Of a DNA stretch of 64,000 nt, positions 25,051 through 37,776 are shown piece by piece. Both the position numbers and the translations under genes were made by a program. Below the pieces are notes generated by a model that was given only the letters and a program-made list of their open reading frames with translations, was not told where the DNA came from and searched no databases. Origin of the DNA: Phoronis australis (Eukaryota; Animalia; Phoronida); NCBI GenBank assembly GCA_002633005.1, contig NMRA01000036.1:496001-560000 (forward strand), written 5' to 3'. How positions within the stretch are numbered: position 1 is the first letter of the stretch; each line of letters begins with the position of its first letter.

Positions 25051-25599
25051 TCCACTTGTCCAATTCACAGGTCCTGTGCAGTCCTCATCATTACGGCTTT
25101 TTCCCGTTTCTCCCAACTTGTTCGATTCTATAGCCCAACAACAAGTTGGGAAGATCACCCCTGTAGCCAATATCTTACACGACTTATCAACTCCATTCTG
25201 GCATTATGGCCGGCTCTCTTTTGTTCGATAGTTGCTCTAATCTCCGATCAGATCGTATATCTAGCCTGACTGAGCTGTGCTGCTAACATGAAAGTTAAGT
25301 TGTAACACATTTGAACATAAACCAATAGCATTTCTGAATTTCTTGTCAAGTGCTGATCATGTTTAGTTTTTGAATCACCAAAATCGCCCAACTACAACAG
25401 AAGTTAAGACAATCTATTCTGCCAGGTTTTAGTAACCAGTGAAGCCTGGGAGATAATTGGCCTGCTTGTTGTCATACGGGACATAAGACTTAGCTGGGTT
25501 GTTAACAAAGGAGCCAGATGTTATCGCACGTTCAGAACCCTTCACACCTGGAAAAGTTGCTGAACGACAGAACGCCGTCATGTAATAACAAACACGCCT

Positions 25600-25845
25600 T
25601 TAACAGGAAAGCTATCATACGCACGAACATGTTGTTCGATGCTCGTGTATATGATTTTGTGGCTGTATCTCCGAGGGTAATGTTTTGGTTCGTGCTCATG
25701 ATTTTTGTTCGCGATTGGGTTATTTTTGAGTTCTTTGCACGATTCATGTATGCGTGATGTTTTGGTTCGTATGCATGATTCATAGGTTTGTAGGTAGTTC
25801 GTGAGTAACATGTGATGTCCGTTCGTATGATTCCATGCCCCTGTA
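25600..25845. mobile_element. MITE with imperfect TIRs
   Basis: acagg...atcatacgcacgaacat at left versus atgtccgttcgtatgat...cctgt at right; internal gttcgt repeats. Confidence 0.5.
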
Positions 25846-26183
25846 ATGGCAAAATTACTCACTGCAACTGTGGTAACACAGATCTCAATGTAGTGGGAAG
25901 AAATAAATAATTTTCAGTGCAGTATTCTGACTTGAAAGTTTTACAAAAATGTAATCTAACACCATCAGTATTTGCCAGCCCTGCCATGCTGACCGCCGGC
26001 CGGGAGTGTAGTGCCCGTGGAAATGTGACCCAGTTCGTTTTTTCTTAATGCTGGAGAACTTTGTTATTCAGTGGCGCAATAATTTCATGGGTTTAAGTAG
26101 GAAACTGTTGAGTGTTCACTCCCAAGTATGGTCCACTTTCTAAGAGTTGTTTCTTCGGCCACTTGCACTAAAATTGCCTGTGG

Positions 26184-26414
26184 TACCGGGAATTTCCGTA
26201 GATAAGCCCATGAGCGTGTATTCGGAAAATGAAAATTCTCAGGCGTTTTAGCAAGACCAATTAGACGCCCAGGCGTTTATTCGGAAAAGGGAGCGTGTAA
26301 ACGGAAAGCCATTTTTTACTTGGCTTGACGCCCATGGGCGTGTATTTGGCATAATTTTCCGAATAAACCCTCATGGGCGTTTCATCGGGTGGGCTTATCT
26401 ACGGAAAACCCCGT
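26184..26414. mobile_element. Tc1/mariner-pogo(Tc2)-like MITE
   Basis: Begins TA-CCG; perfect 18-bp inverted repeat TTTCCGTAGATAAGCCCA (26193-26210) / TGGGCTTATCTACGGAAA (26390-26407). Confidence 0.7.
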
Positions 26415-27019
26415 GTTTGAATGTGGTTGGAGGTCCTGTTCTGTTTTCATGCTCGAGTGAGAGTTTTTGCGGTGTGCTGTAAAGGGTGCGTGCCCGTGGT
26501 AAGAGTTGGTTTTCATTCCGTGCGTTTCTCATACAAAAATAAAATCTTTGTATTATTGACGATTGTATATTTCAAATTCTGTGTAATGATATAAATTGAC
26601 AGGCTATCGCAACATTTATTTTTTTTGAGATCGGTTAAGCGAGAAATCTTCTTCAATAAAAATCACCAGTTCTCTTTGAAACTCTTATCTGATCGTCATC
26701 ACCAACCGCAATTTTCCTGGTTCACAAACATCACTCATGCCATCATTGCTGTCACAACACACGTATCGCTATCATCCATATTTACGGAAACAACAGACCA
26801 GCATTCAACTCAAACACATGCAGAAAATGAGGTAATGAAAGCACTTGGATATCTACCTTACCTCATCAAATGTGCCAGTTCCATTTCCGAGAAACAGTTG
26901 TACCCAGTAAGTATACCAAAGTTTTCTGGAGGACATAAGTTATAAGAAGTCCAGGTCCTGGTAATTTAACCAGCCCCTTCACCGCAATTTTCGCTCACCC
27001 CAGAATAGTGTAGTGAGTT

Positions 27020-27641
27020 GTTTTCATAGGTCATAGGTTAAAGGTCAAAGGTTAAATTCCAGATGTCAAGGGTGGAATTGGAAGTGACGCCATCCGCAGA
27101 CCGGAAGGAAGTGACAATGACGTCGCAGGTCAAGGGAAAAAAGTCAAATTAGACCTGGAACTGACGTTTGTTTTCTATTTATAATTCTAGTCCCTATCAT
27201 GGGTTAGAGATACGCGACATTTGTTGTTTAGAGATGAGGGAGATAACTTAATGCAATATCACCACGTTAGAATCAATATTTTGTTCCCACTCTTGGTCAG
27301 TTGAACCCTACAATGCCATTTGAACGTCTTTTACTACCCCGCTTGGTGGATGGTGCCATGCCCTATACACACTATAGTGTCAGCATTCATCTACACGTCA
27401 CCTCCGTTCTGCACGACACTTCCAAATCCATCTTAACCTCGTTTTCACTTCCAGTTACAAATACAAACTTTGACTGAGGTCCCTCTCTTATGAAAAGGTA
27501 GGACTTGTTTCCGTGTTTAATGTGATCTATTTAACTTTTAACTGTGACGTCATTGTTATTTCCTTTCTGTTTGCGGATGACGGCTCTTCCAGTTCCATCC
27601 TTGACATCTGACATTTAACGTATGACCTTCCCATACGAAAA
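27020..27641. mobile_element. Fold-back element with ~120-bp imperfect TIRs
   Basis: cagatgtcaagg.tggaa.tggaag...catccgca...acaatgacgtc (27060-27125) is inverted at 27545-27610. Confidence 0.7.
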
Positions 27642-27728
27642 TATAGGATCCTATAGGAAGTCCTATAGAATCCTATAGGATTCCTAAAGGATAAGTTTTC
27701 CTATAGGAATTCCTATAGAAATTCCTAT
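27642..27728. repeat. Micro-array of palindromic CCTATAGG/GGATCC-type units (~10-11 bp period)
   Basis: tataggatcctataggaagtcctatagaatcctataggattcc... Confidence 0.85.
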
Positions 27729-28248
27729 TGTTAATGGAAATGGATGACGAGAGGCACCAGAGGCTGTACATCTTTTGTGCTCCGGTACCAGACACAACTG
27801 GCGTAACGAATCTAGGCTCCAAGTTTGTTCACCTGCCTCTAGTACATACCATTAAGAGGAAACGAAGACGACGTGGCAGGTTGTTTTCCCAGTTAACACA
27901 GTTCGTATTTAAAATGTTTAGTACAAAAATTTAAAAATGACAAATAAAATGAGACAATGTAGAAGCTGATTAACTAGTTTTAAACAGGTTGGTAGAACAA
28001 GGCCTTTCACGCCATTGGTCTTCATACCTGACGAAGGGACGCTAGTGTCTTCGTACCTGATGAAGGGACGCTGGCGTCTTTAATGAAATGAATAAATTAC
28101 AGGATTTTAAAGTGTTTTCCCAGCTTCTGCATTGTATAAAACTGTATGTCGCAGTGCATGGGTTATGACGGTCTGTAAGACCCCCAAAAACAGCAAAGAA
28201 AATATAATGACACCCCAGGTTCAAACTTCATTGTCTGTTATACTATAA

Positions 28249-28290
28249 CACCTGAAGATGATCACGAAAATGGCCTACTGAAACGTCGTG
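28249..28290 (+). other. Degenerate minimal hammerhead-ribozyme motif, Penelope-like terminal fragment
   Basis: cac-CTGAAGA-(weak stem II)-GAAA-cg-TC-gtg, followed by AATAAA at ~28310. Confidence 0.45.
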
Positions 28291-28471
28291 CAAACGTAAA
28301 TAGGCTAAAGAATAAATATAATTCAGTCATAACGTTGCGAAACAGTACGACAGTCGGTGCTTCGATGGTGAGTAAAACTTGTTAAAGTTACTGTGCGAGC
28401 TTGTGCCATAATTTAAGTTCGAATAATGCTTCATTCTGATACATGAAAGCGTTCAGGTCCAATACTCATAC

Positions 28472-28618
28472 CTGTACTATACACCGCAATGTAACCATTG
28501 CCCCCACACCATTGGCTTGGCTCACCAACATCACACGGAGTCGCACACAGTCTCGTAACCACTTTTCCGTTTTCCCCATATGTATTTCCACATAAGCAGT
28601 GATGTCCATCTGTCAAGC
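28472..28618 (-). CDS. Mosaic lectin gene: C-terminal half of the third WSC domain (GLTDGHHCLCGN...CATPC...WCGGNGYIAVYST)
   Basis: ttag/gtatga, 147 nt, phase 1-1; WSC C.CG...C..PC...CGG...VY pattern. Confidence 0.8.
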
Positions 28619-29022
28619 CTAATGTTAAGCGACGATAAGATACAACGTTACATTGTTAGAGCCTTGGAGTTATTTTATCATACGCATAGCTTCATGGAAA
28701 AATTATTATTACCTGTGCACATGCTCAACATAATGAAATGCATTTGCACTTTCAAGTAAATACGATTTTCTCCGCTAATGGATTTCTGGCTGAACAGGCG
28801 ATAAATGGACGTGATGCCTTTTCGTAACTTTGAGGGAGTATATTTATCAGGCGTTAAGTATAATTTTGATAAATTTCTGCATGGTTCAATTTTCAGTCGC
28901 TAATATGAACGGAAACACGCATTCAACACACTATTCAATTTGAAAGCATGGGAGATGGGTATGTTGTGAGCAAAGGACGATAGTTTAGGGAGCAGATTCT
29001 CGACATACTTGTTTTTCACCTC

Positions 29023-30850
29023 TTAGGGCCACGTCACCGAACGTCCGAAACTGTGATTTTCAGTGATCAGCCTCAGCGCGGAATCAACATGGCCGACTCA
29101 GGTTCTATACTAGCGTAACTAATACCTACACGACTGGAAAGTCACCAGCTGTGATTTCAGCGAATATCCATTAGACAACGACAAGACTCGTAGATTTGAT
29201 ATGAATCACAATTCACATGGGATTTTCAGTATTGTTTTTAACTGCGATCAAAGCTAATAAAATTATGGAGTCTATCACGCCTCAGTAACAATAATCCCAA
29301 ACATGTTTTTGTGCCGATATTGTGATTAAATACCCCAAGTACGAGCGGAAATTGGTAGCATTGATCGCGACACCGACCACGGTTTTTGACTCGATTTGGA
29401 AATCGAGGTGAGAGATATACCGTATTGGTGGCGATGACTGGCAGCTTATACTGTACATGTCCGCTTCGGACTTCACATGATTACTGCCAAAAATCACTCA
29501 TACTCCATCGGTGGTATCAGCCGAGAATCCTCCGAAACTTAATGGTCACTAAGTCATTACGCGAAACCGATGCTACACTAGGCAGAAAACTGTGAGCAGC
29601 TGCCGATCGACGTATGACGTCCATGAATATTAATTGGGCCACTTGAGAAAACCGGCTGGACCATGATAAAATTTTCAACTTTGTACAATGGTGATTTTTA
29701 GTGCCGACACCCAACCGGCGTTCCGGATAATCTTCTGATAATCGCTCCATTGTCGAATAATATCGAATTGACTTCGGAAGCCTTATGTTAGGAGTCAATG
29801 TCTAGGCCCTAGGAATCCGGCGCCGACCCAACGAGTTCCCGCACGACGGAATAAAACGGGTCATTTCGGACTAGAGATGAGCCTGCGGTATATCGCACTG
29901 CAAACGGAATTTCCATACTGTTAGTGGAATATCTTAGTCTTTTTTGAAAATATAGTTTTGAAGTGCTTTGAATCGACCTGGCAAATGTTCTTCTCAGGCT
30001 GCACCGCATGGAAACCATATCGTCTTACTCTTAAGAATTAAATGTCGCATGGAGAAAATGTCCTGTGATACTGGTCTTGACGTGAGCAGTCACTTGAGTC
30101 TTACAGCTGAGGTCGTTCCACCTGCTGTAGCTCTCAATGTACGCAATTAAATATATTATTATAATATCTTTGGTTTATCTCCAGCCGAGCAGGGGAAACC
30201 GAGTAGTAACCGATTAATCGTTGTGCACTCTGAGTAAAAATGGGTGTCGAAGTTGAGGCATGTTTTTGGCCATAGTTAATCGCTTCCTACCGTTCACAAT
30301 CAGTCTCAAAGACGCGGGGCTCGGACGTTCGGAGAACGAGTTGAGTGTGCCAGGAAAAATTATCAAAACACTCACCAGAAAACTCAAACATTTCATTTCG
30401 ACAATGCTGCTTGCAGTTCTCTATGATGTTGCCAATTGAAGAGTTGACAACTGTCAAAAGTGCGTGAGATCCATTGAGAAAGCGCCCCAAATGGCTACCA
30501 TCAAAACAGCCCTTGAACATTTCATCAGCTGCAACAAAGAAATGCAAAGCCGGAAAATTATGCAGCAATACGACCCTCGATTAAAACCGGCTGTAACGGG
30601 CAAAGTGAGTGTCATACACACCGGTCGTTAGCTCAACATGCTGATAAAAGTTTCCCGGCTAGAGGACGAACAGAACTACCCGGGTGGAATGAAATTTTCC
30701 AGGTTTACTTGAGGTTCATACACAGCGTTGCCTGGCTACTGACATTTTGATGTTATAGTATTCATACAACTAGCTGGCTGGTAGCCAATATGCAGAGCTG
30801 AAGCTGGGGCGATCGGTTTTTTTCAAAAATTTGTGAAATGGACACTAATC
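29023..30850 (+). mobile_element. Decayed DNA-transposon-like element with a SWIM-like zinc finger
   Basis: Weak inverted ends TTAGGGCCACGTCAC / GTGAAATGGACACTAA; GERYTVLV...LYCTCP...YCQK at 29400-29495; broken coding-like sequence to ~30500. Confidence 0.35.
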
Positions 30851-31507
30851 AGAAGATTGGGAACATGAGCATACCAACCAAATCAAATTTCCTTAGGGTA
30901 TTTAGTGAACCATAAACTGTATTGATACATTTATATTTCGGCTGATTTTACCTTTCTCTAACAACAACTAATTATATCAACTTGTACTCTCAGATGATTT
31001 TGACCCAATGACGTCATATTTTAATTAGCTGTGAACCAAGTGCCAGCCAATGAGCAAGTCATTATTTGACGTGCCATTTGAGTATGATACTAAATTCTAC
31101 TCTTTCAATCTTGTAACTACGGACTTCAAACCCTGTTTAGGGTTGGTTTACCGACTAACTGGCTGTCTACGTTACCTAGCTGCATTTTAAGTTAAGTCTA
31201 CCTACAGTTAGCTGGCTGGTTAGTAGGAAAGTAAAACAAACAGAGAAGCTGGTCCCTCTTAAATGAACCTCGGAATAAGTGTTCAAAATGGTTGTCCACA
31301 TTGATCCACGCGCCTTTAATTAAAGCAAAATTTGAGACGACTTTAAAAACCACTTTGCCTTAAACAGTACAAAAATACATTTAAAGAAATATTGTGAGTA
31401 CCAAAAGAATAAATGTATAATTTTACGAGAACACTGTAATCTTGAAAAAAATTTCACGAAGGTTGACAGTTAGCTTAAACATTTCGCTGATGTAAATATG
31501 TTCTTAC

Positions 31508-31696
31508 CCACGCATTGTACTGGAGTTGACGACCAATCACCACGTTCTGTGCAAGTGATATTCTGAACCAAATTTTCCAATCCGTCTGCTCTCTGTGTCC
31601 CAAGTGTGCAATGATAGGAAACCCAGTTACCGACGTCGCGTCCGCTGGTCCTCATCAAGGTGTTCCAAACTGTTGGTGGTTCAGGGCAGACGATTT
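31508..31696 (-). CDS. Mosaic gene: sushi/CCP domain 3 (IVCPEPPTVWN...VSYHC..G...ITCTERGDWSSTPVQCV)
   Basis: ctag/gtaaga, 189 nt, phase 1-1; four Cys plus Trp CCP pattern. Confidence 0.9.
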
Positions 31697-32457
31697 CTAG
31701 AAATAAAGACGGAATGCGACAAACAGAATATTATGAGTGCGACTCAGAACATTTGACGTGGACTCGAACTAAAGAAGAAAGATAATGCACAAATAGATAT
31801 TGTACTCTCAGGGATTGTGGTAATCGATGTTAAGGTTTCTGTTCTACGTCAGAGGGTTGGGCGACATCTCGAGGTCTAACGTTTCGTCACTGGTGTTGTA
31901 ACATATCGTGAGAGACTTTCATTTTGTTCTGATAATTTTAGCACTGATCGGGGTCTGTTAGCCTACTGTGCTACCGCTAAGGCCCTGCAGCGACCAGGGG
32001 ACTCGAAAATAAGAGTCTAGTGTGATATTAGGTCATTCCAGCTTATTGATGATATATTCACGAATAAATCGCGCTACTGCTTACAACTGTCTAACCAAAT
32101 AAGTGGATCACTTAATTTATACAAAACAGGTTTTGTTGAAGCGGTAGGCACATGCTGTGGGAAGTGGTGACACCACGTGTACGTTGACTCTCATTTTACT
32201 TCCCAATGGCCTGTTAAGGGAAACCATCATTTCCTGTTATCATTTAGAAAGACTTGAGGTTTAGTTTCTGTGGCTGAGGTGCCTAGATATAGTTTTCAAT
32301 TGGAGTATGTGTAGGGTGTGTAGTCTGGACGCTCGAGTGAACCGGCGCAAGTTGATTTGGGGTAACGCATAATGTGAACACGACTTAAAGAAGAAATACC
32401 CCGTGTCCGTGCAGGAGTCATACATGCAGGGGTCTTTATTTTTTATTCGAAACACTG

Positions 32458-32778
32458 AATAGTTCTCCTACGACTTAACCTACAACAACTTGTTACAGAA
32501 CAACAACGCATCCTGCACCATGAGACAGATGGGCGGTAACTGATCAAGCGCACAGCTGGCAATTACTTCCGCCTCGTCAGCAGATTTGCTTTCAACACAG
32601 CAACTTGTGCTAAGGCTAATTACTTTAAAACAAGTTACTCTAGTCGGTAAGGTGGGTAAACTATCGCACGCCTGTCAAGTTGCTCCAGTGCAAATAGCGT
32701 CACCACACAACTTCTAAATCTAGCAACAACTCGTTCAGGAGTAACTTGTTCTAGGATAAGTCATAGTGTGAACGGCAG
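32458..32778. mobile_element. Harbinger-like MITE
   Basis: gttctcctacgacttaacctacaacaa at left versus ttgttctaggataagtcatagtgtgaac at right (imperfect TIR). Confidence 0.5.
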
Positions 32779-33389
32779 TTGTTCCGAAGTTGGCTTGGGC
32801 AGTTGAGAAACCGGTACGGTACAAATAAGTGTCACATAGCGTCAAGTTTTTATGTAATGCTTCTGAGTTGCAGAGGCTTAGAGCAACACCATGAGAATGC
32901 CCAAGTAACGTTTTGCCGGAATACCAGAGAATTTCAGCTTAATACTCTGGATCGACCGTCATCAACTGAACAAGCAATAATTAATGAATTGCAAATTGGG
33001 CGTTTTCTAAAAAGATGACAATTTGAAAATTGATATCTCAGTCCTCGATATGATGCAAACGTTTACACTACGGGCATATTATGAACGTGAAAATTGAACA
33101 TTCGGACGGGAGTTGCACTAAGCTAAGTGGCAGAAAATTAGAGGAAGTGGAGTTCCTGGAAAATCGAAGGTAACTACCACGGAAGGGTAAAGGTTTAACT
33201 ATGATTACTTTTTTCAAGCAAAGATGGATCGTTATTTCCCTAAACTGAATGCTAAAAATTGCTTTTGGGGACATTTGTTCAAGTGGTCAAAATTTAACGC
33301 TCCATCGGCCCAGTTACTGTTATGTAAATTGTCAAAATAATTGCATATAATTCATCTTTTTTACGAAAAAGTCTGCCTCATGCATTTAC

Positions 33390-33578
33390 CTGCACATGCC
33401 TCTACAAGTGGCGTCTCCCACTCCTCATCAAGCCCACAGAAGCTAGTGGTTCGTTTAGAGCCGTCCTTCATTTCGTATCCAGGCGTGCAAGTGAATGTTG
33501 CTAAACTTCTGTACGTGTTTGTTGTGTAGTTACCATCGGCGTTGATGATAGTTGGCAGTGCACCCTCACACCGCTTTT
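33390..33578 (-). CDS. Mosaic gene: sushi/CCP domain 2 (KRCEGALPTIINA...ATFTCTPGY...SFCGLDEEWETPLVEACA)
   Basis: tacag/gtaaat, 189 nt, phase 1-1. Confidence 0.9.
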
Positions 33579-35000
33579 CTGTAAATGAGTCAACATTCTG
33601 ATCACGTGTACTCATTGAAAGCTAACTATTTCGAAGAAAACGTTGTTACGGATTAAGAAATGATTAAATTTATGTAGGTCATCAAATCGTAAGAAGGTGA
33701 AAATCATTGGGGAGAGAGACCTTGACGCATCCAACTTTACAATCTGTCGGTCCCCAGTCATGATCTCTTTCACTGGATGGACGAAATTTATGGTAGTTGT
33801 GTTTCAGTGACCACGTCTTTTGTGAAAACTGCACGATTAATAAACATCTGAAAGCTTCCTACCTACCGGTAAATGTTACCTCAGTACGTCTTTAATTATA
33901 AAAAAACATTACTCTAGGTCGTGCAGACACTCAGATTGTATTTGTTTCAGTTCTGTTGACAGTCAATATCGCCGGGAGATTTTTATTCGGTTTGGTAAAA
34001 GTTAATTTGAAAATGGCTCCGTCACCTTAAAGTGACATTTGTTGCGATATAACTTAAGGTCCATCGACATAAATTGTCGCCCTAGATTGACATTTGTTCC
34101 CCATACTCCCAGGAACACTTTTTCAAGTGGGAGGGGTGCGTTCGCACCCGTCGCACACCCTACCAACGGTACTAATCCCTGAAAGCCTAGAACATACACG
34201 AATAGCATCTGTTCAAAAGAATAGTATACTGCCTCTTCAACGGTACAAAAACATAACTAACTTAAGGACAGCTTCAAACCAAGGGGCGGCAATTTATGCC
34301 GTTATACTGTAGAGAGATAAAACATTGCCCCAGGGGCGACAGTTATGTGAGAGTTCACGACATAAATTGTCGCCGTGGCAATTACGTCATAACAATATTA
34401 TCGGCAAGAAAAATTAATTTTTTTGAGATCAGACCCAACGCGGAACAGAACTGACAGGATCTAAACGGTCTAAGTTCAAAGGATTTGACAAAAATCAACA
34501 CACGTAAGTCATCACCCAGCGTGCAAACGACTTGTGATAAGCCGCGAATTTAATACTTCAGCCCCAGTTGCTGATAGCTGGAAGTGAAAGTTCAGAATTT
34601 TTATTTGATCAGTAGGTGGCGGATTTGGTGTATCGAAACGTTGAGGGACATAAAGAACTGTTGGGTTAAATATGGACATCACGGAAAATAGATTACGAAA
34701 GTATTAAATGGTAAGAGCCCACGTTAAGATGGGGTACCGTCTGAGTCTTTTTAAAATTCTCAATAGAAAAGGTTAACCATTTACCGAAGTTCTCTCTAGT
34801 GGAAATTACCCGGAGAAGTGGAAAACAGGACTGTCTGATATTACCCTGTTGGTAAATGCCCAAGCTAAATACAGAGACTGATTTTCTTATAGTCAACAAA
34901 CCGATGTGCTGGAAATTTCCTAAGTTTCAGATGGCACCAAAGTTTGGAATACCGGTGAGTGAGATCTTAGTATAGGTGGAAGAATCCTAAGTGGTATTAC

Positions 35001-35183
35001 CTTTACAAGCTTGAGACGGTGTTTCCCAAACGCCGTTCGACCCACAAGTGATTTGTATGCGGGAGACACCATCCGCCATCTTGTAATCGTAATCGCACTT
35101 ATAGGAAGCAGTACCTCCGAAATTCTTGGACATATGGGTTATTTCACCTCCTTTCACAGGTGGTGGCTCCGGGCACCCGGTTA
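35001..35183 (-). CDS. Mosaic gene: sushi/CCP domain 1 (GCPEPPPVKGG...ASYKCDYDY...ITCGSNGVWETPSQACK)
   Basis: aacag/gtaata, 183 nt, phase 1-1. Confidence 0.9.
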
Positions 35184-35635
35184 CTGTTGATGAAAGACAA
35201 ACAATACACAAAAGTGTACAGGTACATGTATATACTCTTTGGTCGAAAATGTCATGACCCAAATTCAAAGGCATAATTTACAATTCCTCAAATTCACTAG
35301 CAATGTTTTACAGCAATTCTTTCAGCATTAGAAAATCGAAAAAGCAGTAGTCTCCATTATTCCGCCAAGAATCAGCCCACGAAGGATCATTTATGTTACG
35401 TGCACATCTGAAGTGTTTTAATACCAAAAACTATAATTAGTAGTTAGTTGTAACGCAAAGAATTGAAGGCTGTGACATGCTGGATTAGCAATGTTTAGAT
35501 TATATTCTCAACGCACGGACAGAGCCGTTTAGGGACACTTAAAGATATTGTTTCCGTGCACATACAGTAGTAAGGAATTGTCACAAACTGACTGGCCAGA
35601 AAGCAGGTAACTTTTTTCACTGTGCAAGGACTCAC

Positions 35636-35770
35636 TCCATGCGCGATACACAGACAGGGTGTTTTCTCCTCCACAGTACTGTTTGGTGTTTCCAGAGCAC
35701 GCCTTTTCGCACAACCTGTCCGAAATTTTTCCGTAGTGCTCTAATGTATTACCACAGCCACAAGTAGTAC
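35636..35770 (-). CDS. Mosaic gene: second WSC domain, C-terminal half (TTCGCGN...LCEKACSGNTKQYCGGENTLSVY)
   Basis: ttttag/gtgagt, 135 nt, phase 1-1. Confidence 0.9.
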
Positions 35771-36389
35771 CTAAAAGAAAACTGCACTTTCTGACGATAT
35801 ACAATAAACCTGCACTTTTTGCCGGGACAGCACTGACCAAGTCACGTTATTCATAGACACACTATTGTTAAAGTTGTACTTCGTCTCATTAAGTTGGCTG
35901 AAAAACAAAAATCGAGTTCGGAGTTTTACCCACATAAAATCGGTCTCTGATATTCGTCACCGTGACAAGATTTCATTTCCGTTACAAACAAGGACATCGA
36001 AACCACGAACGACTTAGAAAAAGCTCCACAGTTTATTTGAGGCCCGGTTGATCAACAATAAGATTGTGCGATTTCGAAAATGGTGCATGTGCGAATTGCC
36101 GATGACTTCTGTTGTTGGCCAGTTCGGTAACAATTCCACATCAGATGACCGTGGTGATATTTTAAAGCCCTAGTTCAACGGTGACAGTTAAGCAGCAGCA
36201 AAAATCCCCTCTAAAAGTGAACAAAATTAGCGAGGTAGTAAATGCAACGAACACGCCCAAATTCACAATATTGCGGACTCTGATTGGCGTAGCACAATCT
36301 AAGCATTGATTTTCATATCATCTAAATTTAACATCAATCTATCAATATTGAGCGGAAATTACTTTCCAGTTTGACCAAGTGTTACTTAC

Positions 36390-36527
36390 CGTTTACCATA
36401 GCAGCATAGGCAGCACCTGCGCAACGTGATATGCACACATCCGAAGAGTTAGACACCTCGGAGAAATACGTGAAGTTAGCTGTCCCCACTGACGATTCCA
36501 TGAAGCAACCCACGTAGCTCTGGTGAT
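36390..36527 (-). CDS. Mosaic gene: second WSC domain, N-terminal half (YVGCFME...VCISRCAGAAYAAMVN)
   Basis: cccag/gtaagt, 138 nt, phase 1-1; Y.GCF and C...C...YA motifs; not in the ORF track. Confidence 0.88.
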
Positions 36528-36592
36528 CTGGGTACCATGATATTAAAACGAAAATAATCGAAACAGACTAGTCCATTTACAACACGTAGAAG

Positions 36593-36834
36593 CATGCGCG
36601 CACCCAACCTAAAATATAGGGGAGCTCGAATTTTTCGTTATGCAGACCTTTTATTGAAAGAAATCGACGATGACTAAAAAAACAAAAAAGGGGCCACTAG
36701 ACTGACTTCCAGTGGATATTTTGTGGACTTTTGTCTCGTTTACTCGGACTTTTTGTTTCACTGAGGCGGACCTTTTTGCCCAATTCACCAAATTTGGGGG
36801 CTCGAGCCCCCGAGCCCCCATGGGTGCGCCCATG
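36593..36834. mobile_element. MITE with CATG termini and 5-bp TSD (AGAAG)
   Basis: CATGCGCGCACCCA / TGGGTGCGCCCATG; AGAAG on both flanks. Confidence 0.7.
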
Positions 36835-37776
36835 AGAAGAGAAGGTGCTTTTTGCATTGATGCGGAAACACGGAGAGCTTCAGAAACATTTTATGAAGTG
36901 TAATCTTGATCAAGTAAACATAACTTAATGACGCTAATCCCCTGTTTTAGTGATGTCACACAAAACTAAGTGAGCCACCTGGTATCCCACGGTTTGTACC
37001 GTTCCTCCTCTCAGTTAGAAAAGCACAATTCGACTGTAAAAAATTGCGTAAGTAGCCTGTGTTGTTCAAAGTGGAGGTTTGTTCACCCAAGTCGTCGGTT
37101 AATTCACATCAAGCGTTAGTCACATGTCTCATTTAGCAGTCTTAGTCAAGAGTTCTGATATTTATTCTCAACGTCTCAACGTTTGAAATTTACTTTCAAC
37201 GTTTGAGTCGTTTAATTTCATTTAGTATTTGGTAAAGTTTGTACAATTTATCAAAACGAGTGAACGTTATCAGTTACGTACATAACAGTCATGTCAACTG
37301 GCGTCAAATCTGGTTTCGCTCAAGTTAGGCAATGGATACTGCTATTACTGATGTGCAGCATATCGATACACCTTCAAAGTGAAATTATGGCGGAAAACGT
37401 TGTGTCAAGGAACGCGACGGATGCTTGACTTGATTTTGACCTGGGAACTTTGAGGGAACGAGCACCAATTGGTTGCAGAGTAGTGAATACACCGGATGGC
37501 AATCACACACGCGCACAGAATACTTCTTACTGAGGAATGGAGAGAGTGTAAACTTTAGTATAACACACCAGTTACCAGACTCACTGGCAATCACATGGAT
37601 CTTTGCCTTGACGGCATCGTAAACCAATAGACCAATATGGAACGACGATTGCGGTAAACCTAGGCTACAGTAGGCAGAGGAGATTTAGGCTAGGAAGGTG
37701 CTTAAAGGTTCCAGACTGGTAGTGGCTCAGAACGACGTCCCTGTCAGTCGACTAGTGGAAGTTGTTCACTCGTCGC

